Both the position numbers and the translations under genes were made by a program. The notes beneath the pieces are model-generated. The model saw nothing but the letters and a program-made list of their open reading frames with translations. It did no database searches and was not told the origin of the DNA. A stretch of 64,000 nucleotides of DNA from a virus (taxonomy: Duplodnaviria > Heunggongvirae > Uroviricota > Caudoviricetes), in IMG/VR virus record IMGVR_UViG_3300002348_000001, positions 19,979 through 83,978 of that record, one strand, 5' to 3'. Numbering within the stretch: position 1 is the first letter of the stretch; the number at the start of each line of letters is the position of its first letter. Positions 40,071 through 46,853 of this stretch are shown one piece after another.

Positions 40071-40425
40071 TATATAGGGTGGGGGAAAAGAATTAAAGGG
40101 TGGGCTTAGATAAAAACTTTTTTGTCTATATATATAAAGAAATTTATTTCCTATATATATATAGAAGAAAATATTTTTGTTACATATATATATGTATGAA
40201 AAAGTTTTACGGCTAATATATATAAATTTATTATAATGTTCTATTGATAATCAATGAGTTATGAAAGATTTATATGTTTTTTTGGAGTGTGAGGAATGGT
40301 GTGTTACCCTCTTTTGGTTTTATTTGTTCTTTTTGAAAGCCTATTTTAATGGTTGTATTGATTATTTATAGCATTAATATACATATATATTTATTATTCT
40401 CTCTTATATATATATTATATTCCTT
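40071..40425. repeat. AT-rich non-coding region with seven spaced (TA)n islands (iteron-like)
   Basis: TATATATA-type blocks at about 40071, 40127, 40152, 40184, 40216, 40382, 40407, most followed by an A-run (AAAGAAA/GAAGAAAA/GAAAAAG); no ORF. Confidence 0.75.
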
Positions 40426-40552
40426 TGTATAGGATATTAATGTTTTGTTTTTAGCAAGGTGGTGTTAGGCCTTGTGCGTTCTATAGATATACACCTTTAA
40501 ACTAGCTGACATCAGGTTGTAAGATAACAGCTATATCTATAGAGGTCACCAA

Positions 40553-40569
40553 TTAAAATCAATTATATG
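40553..40569 (+). promoter_or_regulatory. Conserved start-proximal motif TTAAAATCAATTATATG (copy 1), ending in the start codon
   Basis: Identical 17-mer at 41147..41163 and a 16-mer variant at 40870..40885, each terminating in the ATG of a small early gene. Confidence 0.6.
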
Positions 40570-40803
40570 AGCAACTTAGAATTCGCTAAAGAAATGATTT
40601 CTTATCATTCAGATGCAATTTTACACACAGAGGGTATTTCTACATCTCCAGGATGGGGAGTGGAAATTGCTATTCTTCATTCTTTTGATGAGAATGATGG
40701 AGCTGGTGTAAAAGAAAAGTTAGAGTTTTTCCCTTATTACTCTGAGGATGAGAATGATCCTTGGGAAGAAGCTCAGGAATTCATTAACAGTATATGCTGT
40801 TAA
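40567..40803 (+). CDS. Hypothetical small acidic protein (78 aa)
   Basis: ORF preceded by the conserved motif. Confidence 0.55.
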   Translation: MSNLEFAKEMISYHSDAILHTEGISTSPGWGVEIAILHSFDENDGAGVKEKLEFFPYYSEDENDPWEEAQEFINSICC

Positions 40804-40869
40804 TGTCGTTTATATCCATCATTATTCTCTTTTTTAGGGGTTAATGATGGATTTTTCATACATCATCAA

Positions 40870-40885
40870 TTAAATCAATTATATG
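40870..40885 (+). promoter_or_regulatory. Conserved start-proximal motif TTAAATCAATTATATG (copy 2)
   Basis: See 40553..40569. Confidence 0.6.
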
Positions 40886-41089
40886 AAAAACACAATTATG
40901 ATGCTAGCTTTTATAGCAAGTATTTTATTAACCTGGTTATTTTTAGGCTTATTAAATTATTTATTTACAAATTTAGATATAAGCTTTAAAGAAGCTTGTA
41001 CATCTGGAGGAGTACTTATGGTAACAGTTGTTTTTGGCTGGGTACCAGGAATAGTTATTTTATCAGATCTTGATGAAAAACTAAAATAA
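40883..41089 (+). CDS. Small membrane protein (68 aa, two predicted TM helices)
   Basis: IMMLAFIASILLTWLFLGLL and VLMVTVVFGWVPGIVIL hydrophobic segments. Confidence 0.55.
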   Translation: MKNTIMMLAFIASILLTWLFLGLLNYLFTNLDISFKEACTSGGVLMVTVVFGWVPGIVILSDLDEKLK

Positions 41090-41146
41090 ACTTATTATGG
41101 TGAACTGGGGCTTACGAGCTCTGGTTCCCATTTATTTTGTCATTAT

Positions 41147-41163
41147 TTAAAATCAATTATATG
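41147..41163 (+). promoter_or_regulatory. Conserved start-proximal motif TTAAAATCAATTATATG (copy 3)
   Basis: See 40553..40569. Confidence 0.6.
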
Positions 41164-41589
41164 TATTTAATTATTAACAGAGCATCTGGAAAAACCACAC
41201 CTCATGAAGGAGATTTTCCTTTAACATTAGTGGAAGAATTACTATTAAAGGGTGATGATATAATAGTCATTAGCTTATATAGTAATACTATTAAAATACC
41301 TGCTGGATTTAACAGTGCAATATCTGAATGGGATTGGGTTGAATATCCTCTTCCTATAAAAGATATATCAGAGTATTATCAGGAAAAATTAGACGATAAT
41401 GTCTATTATGGATATGCAGGTATTGACTCTTTATATGCTGTTGCCGTTAAAAAAGGCACAAGTTATAAAGATATAGTCAATAAGATGAGGAATCGTATTA
41501 ATGAAATACATCCTTATAGTGTTTCATCTATTATGTGGGAAGACCTTGAAGAGATAACAAAAGAAGACTATCTCTCTGTATTGAATTAA
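41161..41589 (+). CDS. Hypothetical protein (142 aa from the motif-associated ATG)
   Basis: Track ORF 41137..41589; the in-frame ATG at 41161 is the one embedded in the conserved motif. Confidence 0.55.
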   Translation: MYLIINRASGKTTPHEGDFPLTLVEELLLKGDDIIVISLYSNTIKIPAGFNSAISEWDWVEYPLPIKDISEYYQEKLDDNVYYGYAGIDSLYAVAVKKGTSYKDIVNKMRNRINEIHPYSVSSIMWEDLEEITKEDYLSVLN

Positions 41590-41600
41590 AGAAAATTGAA

Positions 41601-41632
41601 AGAAACGTGTAGAAATATACGTTTCTTTTTTT
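41601..41632 (+). terminator. Rho-independent terminator
   Basis: AGAAACGT-(10 nt loop)-ACGTTTCT followed by TTTTTTT. Confidence 0.65.
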
Positions 41633-41690
41633 ATTATTAATTAGCTTAAAGCAAAATATAATCTGCCAAATGTCTTAAAAAATCATAGAT

Positions 41691-42158
41691 TTGGCAAAAT
41701 ATAACACATTCATTAACAATCAAAAATTAAACAAAATGAGTAAAGAAACATTTTTTGCTGTAAGAAGCACAACAGAATCATGGCATTTATATAATGCTTT
41801 TGCAGAAGAATTAAAAGCTATTGGTTTTACAATAGCAGAACATTTCAATCCATTTAATGAAACATATTTTCAAAAATATAATTGTATTGGTATTTCTTCA
41901 GAATGGAATAGTGAATATTTTGGGCCTTCTTTTACATTTACTAGTAGTAGTGACTATTGTATTATATTAGAAAAAGAATGGGAATTAGCCATTGAAAAAG
42001 CTAAAGAATTTTATAAAAACCACTCAAAACCCACAATTAAACTAAATAGGGAATATACAGCTCTTATAGATTATAATAATGAAACTGTAGAAGTGGGGTG
42101 TCAATCATTTACATTTAATAAAATACATGAATTATTCACATTAATTATCAAAAAATAA
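41691..42158 (+). CDS. Hypothetical protein (155 aa)
   Basis: ORF; no recognisable motif. Confidence 0.55.
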   Translation: MAKYNTFINNQKLNKMSKETFFAVRSTTESWHLYNAFAEELKAIGFTIAEHFNPFNETYFQKYNCIGISSEWNSEYFGPSFTFTSSSDYCIILEKEWELAIEKAKEFYKNHSKPTIKLNREYTALIDYNNETVEVGCQSFTFNKIHELFTLIIKK

Positions 42159-42198
42159 AGAATTTAATTCCTATCTTTAAATTTTAAAATTATATTTT

Positions 42199-42471
42199 AT
42201 GTATGTATTAAAAAGTTATAGTGACAAATCACTAAAAAATGTAATATCAGATACAGAGTATTATAATCTTCCTTATTATAAAAAATTATCTTATGAAAAA
42301 AAAGAAGAGCGTGCTACAGAAGAGAACATAGTTAATGATATTATAGATATAGGAATTTCAACTCTTTCATTATTTAACACCAGTTCATCATCTGATAGTA
42401 GTGATTCATCTTCATTTGGTGGGTTTGATGGTGGTGATACAGGCGGTGGTGGAGCTGGTGGAGACTGGTAA
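42199..42471 (+). CDS. Hypothetical protein with Ser/Gly-rich C-terminus (90 aa)
   Basis: ORF ending SSSSDSSDSSSFGGFDGGDTGGGGAGGDW. Confidence 0.45.
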   Translation: MYVLKSYSDKSLKNVISDTEYYNLPYYKKLSYEKKEERATEENIVNDIIDIGISTLSLFNTSSSSDSSDSSSFGGFDGGDTGGGGAGGDW

Positions 42472-42479
42472 AAAGCTTT

Positions 42480-42972
42480 AAAACAACTAATGGTTAATAC
42501 TAGACAGTGACATAACAAGGGACGTGCGTAATCCTTCGCAAAAGGCCTACCCTCGCACATGTGTTACCTCACAGTCTAAGATGTGAGTGGTTTAGATTAA
42601 CTGCAAAGTCGACATTAAAATCAAGTTGGACAACTAAGGTTAAGCCAAAGATAACTTGTGTATCATTGCATCTCTTAGAAGGCATTAGTTGTTTTTACAC
42701 ACTCAAGTGGCGAAAAGTATAGACGCTAAACTAAGACGGTGAGAATGGAATGGGAAAAGGTTAAGATATACAAGTTGGGTAAACATCAGACACTTAACAC
42801 ATTCCAATAAAACTGATGAAAATAATGAGTCATGTCCTTGTTAAAAAGTGCCAACTAACATCAGTTATAATTCATGCAGGTGAAATCCCTGCCTTGAGTG
42901 CAAAATCCTGCTTACTTGAGGTGTTTACACCAATAATAGATAAGGTGGTTGACTGATGGAAAGACATCATAT
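42480..42972 (+). ncRNA. ORF-free, GC-elevated, highly self-complementary region; candidate structured non-coding RNA(s) or decayed tRNA-like elements
   Basis: No ORF of 60 aa or more on either strand except a low-complexity antisense one at the edge. Nested hairpins GTGCG..(CCTT-CGCAA-AAGG)..CGCAC, CTCACA-GTCTAAGA-TGTGAG, GGAATGG..GGTTAAG..CTTAAC..CATTCC, GCAGG-TGAAATC-CCTGC. A D-arm-like segment GTGGCGAAAAGTATAGACGC resembles that of the adjacent tRNA-like gene. Confidence 0.4.
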
Positions 42973-43075
42973 GGTCAGGTGGCGGAATTGGTGAGACGCT
43001 AAATATTTAGGGAAGTCATAGCTAAGTATTTAATATTGTGTACAAATAATACAGGTTCGAATCCTGTCCTGACTG
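42973..43075 (+). tRNA. tRNA-like gene, Leu-type (type II) D-arm, atypically long (103 nt) with an 11-bp hairpin inserted between D-arm and T-arm
   Basis: GGTCAGG-T-G-GCGGAATTGGTGAGACGC (near-identical to a bacterial tRNA-Leu D-arm). Canonical T-arm ACAGG-TTCGAAT-CCTGT. Acceptor 3' strand CCTGACT pairs with the 5' strand (G-U at 1:72). The 51-nt interval contains the hairpin TAAATATTTAG-(11 nt)-CTAAGTATTTA. A possible UAG anticodon loop (TTTAGGG) lacks a canonical stem. Confidence 0.5.
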
Positions 43076-43094
43076 CTTATTAAAAATAAATCGT

Positions 43095-43487
43095 ATGGAA
43101 ATAAAACCAAATTACGTAACATTTGAACAAGCTAAATTACTTAAAGAAAAAGGATTGGTTGTTAAATCAGATAGATATTGGGTTAAAATGACTGAAGATT
43201 CATATACTGATATGACTGATTGGCGATTAGAAGATTTGGATAGTGATATTGGGATTGGTGGCAATCTTGTAATTACCAAATATCAACAATGGCAAGTTGT
43301 GGAATTTTTAAGAATTAATTACGGTATTTGGGTTGGTGTTACAATGTATATTAATCATGATGGTAGATTTTATTCAGCCAATATTCAGAATAATGACAAT
43401 AAACATCAATCATTTAATGGACATAAATCACCACAAGAAGCATATTCAGCAGCATTTGATCATATATTAAATAATAATTTAATTTAA
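43095..43487 (+). CDS. Hypothetical protein (130 aa) located between the two tRNA-like genes
   Basis: ORF; no motif recognised. Confidence 0.55.
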   Translation: MEIKPNYVTFEQAKLLKEKGLVVKSDRYWVKMTEDSYTDMTDWRLEDLDSDIGIGGNLVITKYQQWQVVEFLRINYGIWVGVTMYINHDGRFYSANIQNNDNKHQSFNGHKSPQEAYSAAFDHILNNNLI

Positions 43488-43566
43488 AAACATTATTTGT
43501 TGTACACCATTAAAACGTTGGGTGATTAAATAATCTACGTCCAAAAGATAGCAACAAATATTTTAT

Positions 43567-43653
43567 TAGAGAGTGGTGAAATTGGTTAGACGCTATACTG
43601 TTGCCTTAAACAAGCTACGGTGAATTTTACAGGTTCGAATCCTGTCTCTCTAA
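43567..43653 (+). tRNA. tRNA-like gene (87 nt, type II-like length); anticodon arm not canonically foldable by hand (possible UAA loop CTTAAAC)
   Basis: TAGAGAG-T-G-GTGAAATTGGTTAGACGC D-arm, T-arm ACAGG-TTCGAAT-CCTGT identical to the other tRNA, acceptor 3' strand CTCTCTA complementary to the 5' end. Confidence 0.5.
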
Positions 43654-43677
43654 CTTTGTTAGTTTTAGTTTTAATAC

Positions 43678-43708
43678 GGGGGTGCATTTCTATGCTGCTC
43701 CCTTTTTT
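43678..43708 (+). terminator. Hairpin plus T-run after tRNA-like gene 2
   Basis: GGGGGTGCATTTCTATGCTGCTCCC imperfect hairpin followed by TTTTTT. Confidence 0.45.
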
Positions 43709-43766
43709 ATTATTAGGTAGCTTTAAGCATAATATATATTTATTAATTTAAAAAAAAACAAAAATC

Positions 43767-43982
43767 ATGTCAAAAAGTAAAAAAACCGTAACAATCACTG
43801 ATGTTAGAGAAGCTTGCCAAGATATTGGTGATAAATTAAAAGACAATTTTGACAAAACAAAAGATTTTAAAGCTGCTCAAGGATCTGTTCAAGCTTATTC
43901 AGCTGCTATTTCTGCAGCTAAAACACAGCTAATTTACAAAAAGCTCACAGGAACACCTATTGAAATTGAATTTCTTAAATAA
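43767..43982 (+). CDS. Hypothetical small protein (71 aa)
   Basis: Preceded by the CAAAAATCATGTCA motif variant. Confidence 0.5.
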   Translation: MSKSKKTVTITDVREACQDIGDKLKDNFDKTKDFKAAQGSVQAYSAAISAAKTQLIYKKLTGTPIEIEFLK

Positions 43983-43989
43983 TTAATTC

Positions 43990-44496
43990 ATGCCTACAAT
44001 AGATATTCCAGATAAGATATGTCCACATTGTGGTGGTACAAGATGGTGTGTTTCTGAACAAAAATATAAGGTAGTTTCTGGAGAAATTAGAGTTAAAAAA
44101 AACTATAGATGTTCTAAAAGAGGTATGGAAATTAGTGAGAAATATAGAAAAAATAATATAGAAAAATATAAAAAAAGCAGAAGAGAATATGTAAAATTAA
44201 AAAGAAAAATTGATCCTGTTTTTAGAGAGACAAAAATTAAAAGAGATAAACTATATTATAAAGAACATAAAAAAGAAATCCGAGAATATAGAAAAAAATG
44301 GACTATTGAAAATCTTGATAAAAATAGAGGTTATTCAAAAAAATATTCTAAAAAACAATCTGAAAAATTATCAGGATATTATGTTACTAAACTTTTAACT
44401 GCCAGATCAAATATTTTAAAAGAAGACATACCACAAGACCTTATTGAGCTTAAACGAAAACAATTATTATTAAAAAGACAATTAAATGATTTATGA
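43990..44496 (+). CDS. Zinc-ribbon protein with extremely basic K/R/E-rich repeat body (168 aa)
   Basis: CPHCGG...C...C N-terminal Zn-ribbon, then the KYRKNNIEKYKKSRREYVKLKRK...KEHKKEIREYRKKW charge-repeat region. Confidence 0.55.
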   Translation: MPTIDIPDKICPHCGGTRWCVSEQKYKVVSGEIRVKKNYRCSKRGMEISEKYRKNNIEKYKKSRREYVKLKRKIDPVFRETKIKRDKLYYKEHKKEIREYRKKWTIENLDKNRGYSKKYSKKQSEKLSGYYVTKLLTARSNILKEDIPQDLIELKRKQLLLKRQLNDL

Positions 44497-44858
44497 AAAC
44501 ACTATTATTGTTTATGACTATGTCTGTATTCTCAAATAATAATTTTATAGAGAATATTACATTAACGACGTACAGACCATCTATTAAAGAAACAGATGCT
44601 AACCCAGATGTTACAGCCAGTGGATTTAAAATTGATTTAAAAACTCCAGAGAAACATAAAATACTAGCTGTTAGTAGGGATTTAAAGAAAAAGTTTAAAT
44701 GGGGTTCTAAAGTGAGAATCACCAATGCTGGGAGGTTTAATGGTGTATATCGTGTTCATGATGTTATGAACAAAAGATATAAAAAGAGAATTGACGTATT
44801 AATAGGGTGGAAACAAAAAGCCACTAAATTAAATAATGTTAAAATTATTAGATTGTGA
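44493..44858 (+). CDS. Secreted 3D-domain-like protein (121 aa); possible peptidoglycan-binding/hydrolase
   Basis: N-terminal signal-peptide-like MKTLLLFMTMSVFS. TASG...AVS...G.KVRIT...GVYRVHDVMNKRYKKRIDVLI resembles the 3D (MltA/YuiC-like) domain pattern. Confidence 0.45.
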   Translation: MKTLLLFMTMSVFSNNNFIENITLTTYRPSIKETDANPDVTASGFKIDLKTPEKHKILAVSRDLKKKFKWGSKVRITNAGRFNGVYRVHDVMNKRYKKRIDVLIGWKQKATKLNNVKIIRL

Positions 44859-45112
44859 CAGAAAAAAGAAGACAATTAAATTTTAAACATCTTTGTCAGA
44901 AATATCCAGATATAAATCCTGTTGAGGGGGAAAATCTGGATATTCCTACAATGAGAATAAACATTTTAAAAAAATGCTGGTATGATAAATCTCGTTTTAA
45001 ATCTGTTACAAGCATAGCTAAAGTGACAGGAATTTCAGAAAGAGAGATATTAAGAACAGCAAGTGATGAAAAATTTACTCAAAGAAGAGATATTAAAACT
45101 GTTAAATTATGA
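44855..45112 (+). CDS. Small HTH-containing protein (85 aa)
   Basis: VTSIAKVTGISEREILRTA helix-turn-helix-like segment. Confidence 0.45.
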   Translation: MTEKRRQLNFKHLCQKYPDINPVEGENLDIPTMRINILKKCWYDKSRFKSVTSIAKVTGISEREILRTASDEKFTQRRDIKTVKL

Positions 45113-45217
45113 AATCAAACAAAGAATCATTAATTATTTTAGCATTATATCTAGCTTTATTAGCTTGGATAATACTTATGCTCACATCATGTTCTGCACC
45201 AAAAACAGGTTGTAGAT

Positions 45218-45400
45218 ATGTTGTACACAAAAAAGCTTACAGTACATTTTAAATCAAATCAAATGAAAAAAATCACACTCACAGCACAAGAATTTAATGT
45301 TTTTAAGGAAATTGCATCATTTATGTATCAATTCTGGGTTTCTAAAGGAATTATACATATCCAGGCACAAGAATCTCAATTGGCAGAATTAGGTTATTAA
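45218..45400 (+). CDS. Hypothetical small protein (60 aa)
   Basis: Short ORF followed by a hairpin terminator. Confidence 0.4.
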   Translation: MLYTKKLTVHFKSNQMKKITLTAQEFNVFKEIASFMYQFWVSKGIIHIQAQESQLAELGY

Positions 45401-45407
45401 TTTTAGG

Positions 45408-45440
45408 CTCCCTCATATACATATATGGGGGAGATTTTTA
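45408..45440 (+). terminator. Hairpin terminator CTCCCTCATATA..TATATGGGGGAG plus T-run; member of a repeated hairpin family
   Basis: 12-bp stem then ATTTTTA; related hairpin at 46401..46427. Confidence 0.6.
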
Positions 45441-45462
45441 CATCACCATCAAAAATTATTTT

Positions 45463-45909
45463 ATGTTAGCAAAAATTGTAATGAAATCTTATATGCCTAA
45501 AGAATTAGAATTAGGTATGATGTTTATGGGGGCAGACTCTGTATATGCATTGCACAAAATTCCTAATGATATGGAAAAGTACATTGCTTTACATGGAGCT
45601 CCTGTTGAACCTTATATTATTGCAGAAATGCAAAATCCTGATGATCAGCCAATTGTATTAGCCACTCCAGACCAATTAGCTTGGTGGGATGAGGGAGAAT
45701 TTACAGATGAATTAAGAGATATGACTATTGTAGATCTTAATAGTGTATTGTCTGATTGGGATGGATATATAGAAATCGAGACGGAAGAAGGTGATATTCC
45801 TACATTATATGAAGGAAAAGTGACCATTTCTGTATGTTTTGAAGAAGATGCTGAAGAAGATGCTTCTTCATTTTTAGAAGATGAAGACCAATTTTGGAAC
45901 TGGGAATAG
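45463..45909 (+). CDS. Highly acidic protein (148 aa); possible DNA-mimic/anti-restriction-type protein
   Basis: D/E-rich throughout, ending CFEEDAEEDASSFLEDEDQFWNWE. Function inferred only from charge bias and early-region location. Confidence 0.55.
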   Translation: MLAKIVMKSYMPKELELGMMFMGADSVYALHKIPNDMEKYIALHGAPVEPYIIAEMQNPDDQPIVLATPDQLAWWDEGEFTDELRDMTIVDLNSVLSDWDGYIEIETEEGDIPTLYEGKVTISVCFEEDAEEDASSFLEDEDQFWNWE

Positions 45910-45934
45910 ATTTTTTAATTAAAAATTAAATAAA

Positions 45935-46168
45935 ATGACGGAAATTAATTTATTTTTAGAAGTTATTGTAGAATTTTTTGTAGCTCTAACTAATTCAATT
46001 AAAAATCTTGATACAAAGAAAAAGATTGTAATTAAATTAGTTAATGATCCAAAAGTTCAATCCACTGTGTACCCTTCTCAAACTTATTCTTTTGAGGAGT
46101 GGTGTAAAGTTGTTAATGCTTCTTTGTTACATGGAAGAAGCACCAATCATATTGATTGTGATGTGTGA
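45935..46168 (+). CDS. Hypothetical small protein (77 aa)
   Basis: ORF followed by a strong terminator. Confidence 0.5.
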   Translation: MTEINLFLEVIVEFFVALTNSIKNLDTKKKIVIKLVNDPKVQSTVYPSQTYSFEEWCKVVNASLLHGRSTNHIDCDV

Positions 46169-46176
46169 GAAAGCAA

Positions 46177-46210
46177 GCCCTTAATGCAAAGGTGTTAAGG
46201 GCCCTTTTTT
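46177..46210 (+). terminator. Rho-independent terminator
   Basis: GCCCTTAA-(loop)-TTAAGGGC hairpin followed by CCTTTTTT. Confidence 0.7.
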
Positions 46211-46238
46211 ATCAATCTTTTCATCAAAAACCCATAAT

Positions 46239-46397
46239 ATGCCAAAAGCAACATTAGTTTTTACTTCTAGAAGATTAAATAGAAGCAGAATAAGAGTTTT
46301 TACAGCAGATAAAGCAAAAAGATCTGCTATTAAATTCATAGACAAAGTTATGCTGGCAGCAAAAGCAAGCAAAAAAGAATGCTTGTTTAATTAATTA
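46239..46397 (+). CDS. Possible small basic protein (52 aa) between two hairpins
   Basis: ATG 46239; MPKATLVFTSRRLNRSRIRVFTADKAKRSAIKFIDKVMLAAKASKKECLFN. Alternative to the antisense 63-aa ORF 46181..46372; neither is verified. Confidence 0.25.
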
Positions 46398-46400
46398 ATC

Positions 46401-46427
46401 AGCCCTCTCATATATAATGGGAGGGCT
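46401..46427 (+). other. Hairpin AGCCCTCTCATATATAATGGGAGGGCT, paralogous in sequence to the 45408 hairpin
   Basis: 10-11 bp stem; shares CCCTC(T)CATATA...TGGG(A/G)GG with the 45408 element. Confidence 0.55.
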
Positions 46428-46441
46428 TAAATTACACACAC

Positions 46442-46846
46442 ATGAAAAAATTATTTATTTTATTGCTCATATTACTTTTTAGTAGTATATCAAACGCACA
46501 ATCATCTTCTTACATATGTTCAAAAACAGAAATCTCTGTTTATAACAACCTATTAGACAAATGGGAAACCAGAGTGGTGGAGGAAGATGCTAATATTAAA
46601 ATCACAATAGAAAGCAACATTATTATTATCCATGCTAAAGCTAAGAGTATTATTTCTGTAGGAAAAAATATTTCCAAAAAAGAAGAACAAGATTATACAA
46701 GTGATATGTTTAATGCTTATGATTATGAATCAGGAGAAACCTGTAAAGTGTGTTTTATTAGGAATAATGTTTCTGGTACACTCACTTTAATGGTATTTAA
46801 ATCATTAAAATCAAGAGAATTAGCACTTACATATGAATTAAATTAA
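46442..46846 (+). CDS. Secreted protein (134 aa) with N-terminal signal peptide
   Basis: MKKLFILLLILLFSSISNAQSS signal-peptide-like N-terminus. Confidence 0.55.
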   Translation: MKKLFILLLILLFSSISNAQSSSYICSKTEISVYNNLLDKWETRVVEEDANIKITIESNIIIIHAKAKSIISVGKNISKKEEQDYTSDMFNAYDYESGETCKVCFIRNNVSGTLTLMVFKSLKSRELALTYELN

Positions 46847-46853
46847 ATATATT

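Noticed and set aside
40071-40425. CRISPR array
   Set aside because: Repeats are short (TA)n microsatellite-like islands with irregular spacing, not 25-40 bp direct repeats with unique spacers. No cas genes are present.
42480-42972. Group I intron interrupting a tRNA-Leu gene
   Set aside because: An S-like AAGATATA element is present, but the order of R/S-like elements is wrong and no P7 pairing partner was found. The tRNA-like gene's 5' half (acceptor plus D-arm) is contiguous with its T-arm, so an intron would have to lie inside, not upstream.
42480-43075. tmRNA (tRNA-like 3' end plus upstream pseudoknotted region)
   Set aside because: A complete 5' acceptor/D-arm lies only 100 nt upstream of the T-arm, and no tag-peptide reading frame (resume codon plus ANDE..LAA-type ORF) is recognisable.
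42973-43653. Phage attP / integration module at the tRNA genes
   Set aside because: No integrase or recombinase-like ORF is visible anywhere in the window.
45645-45827. Minus-strand 60-aa ORF inside the acidic-protein gene
   Set aside because: Ser-rich shadow of the D/E-rich sense frame.
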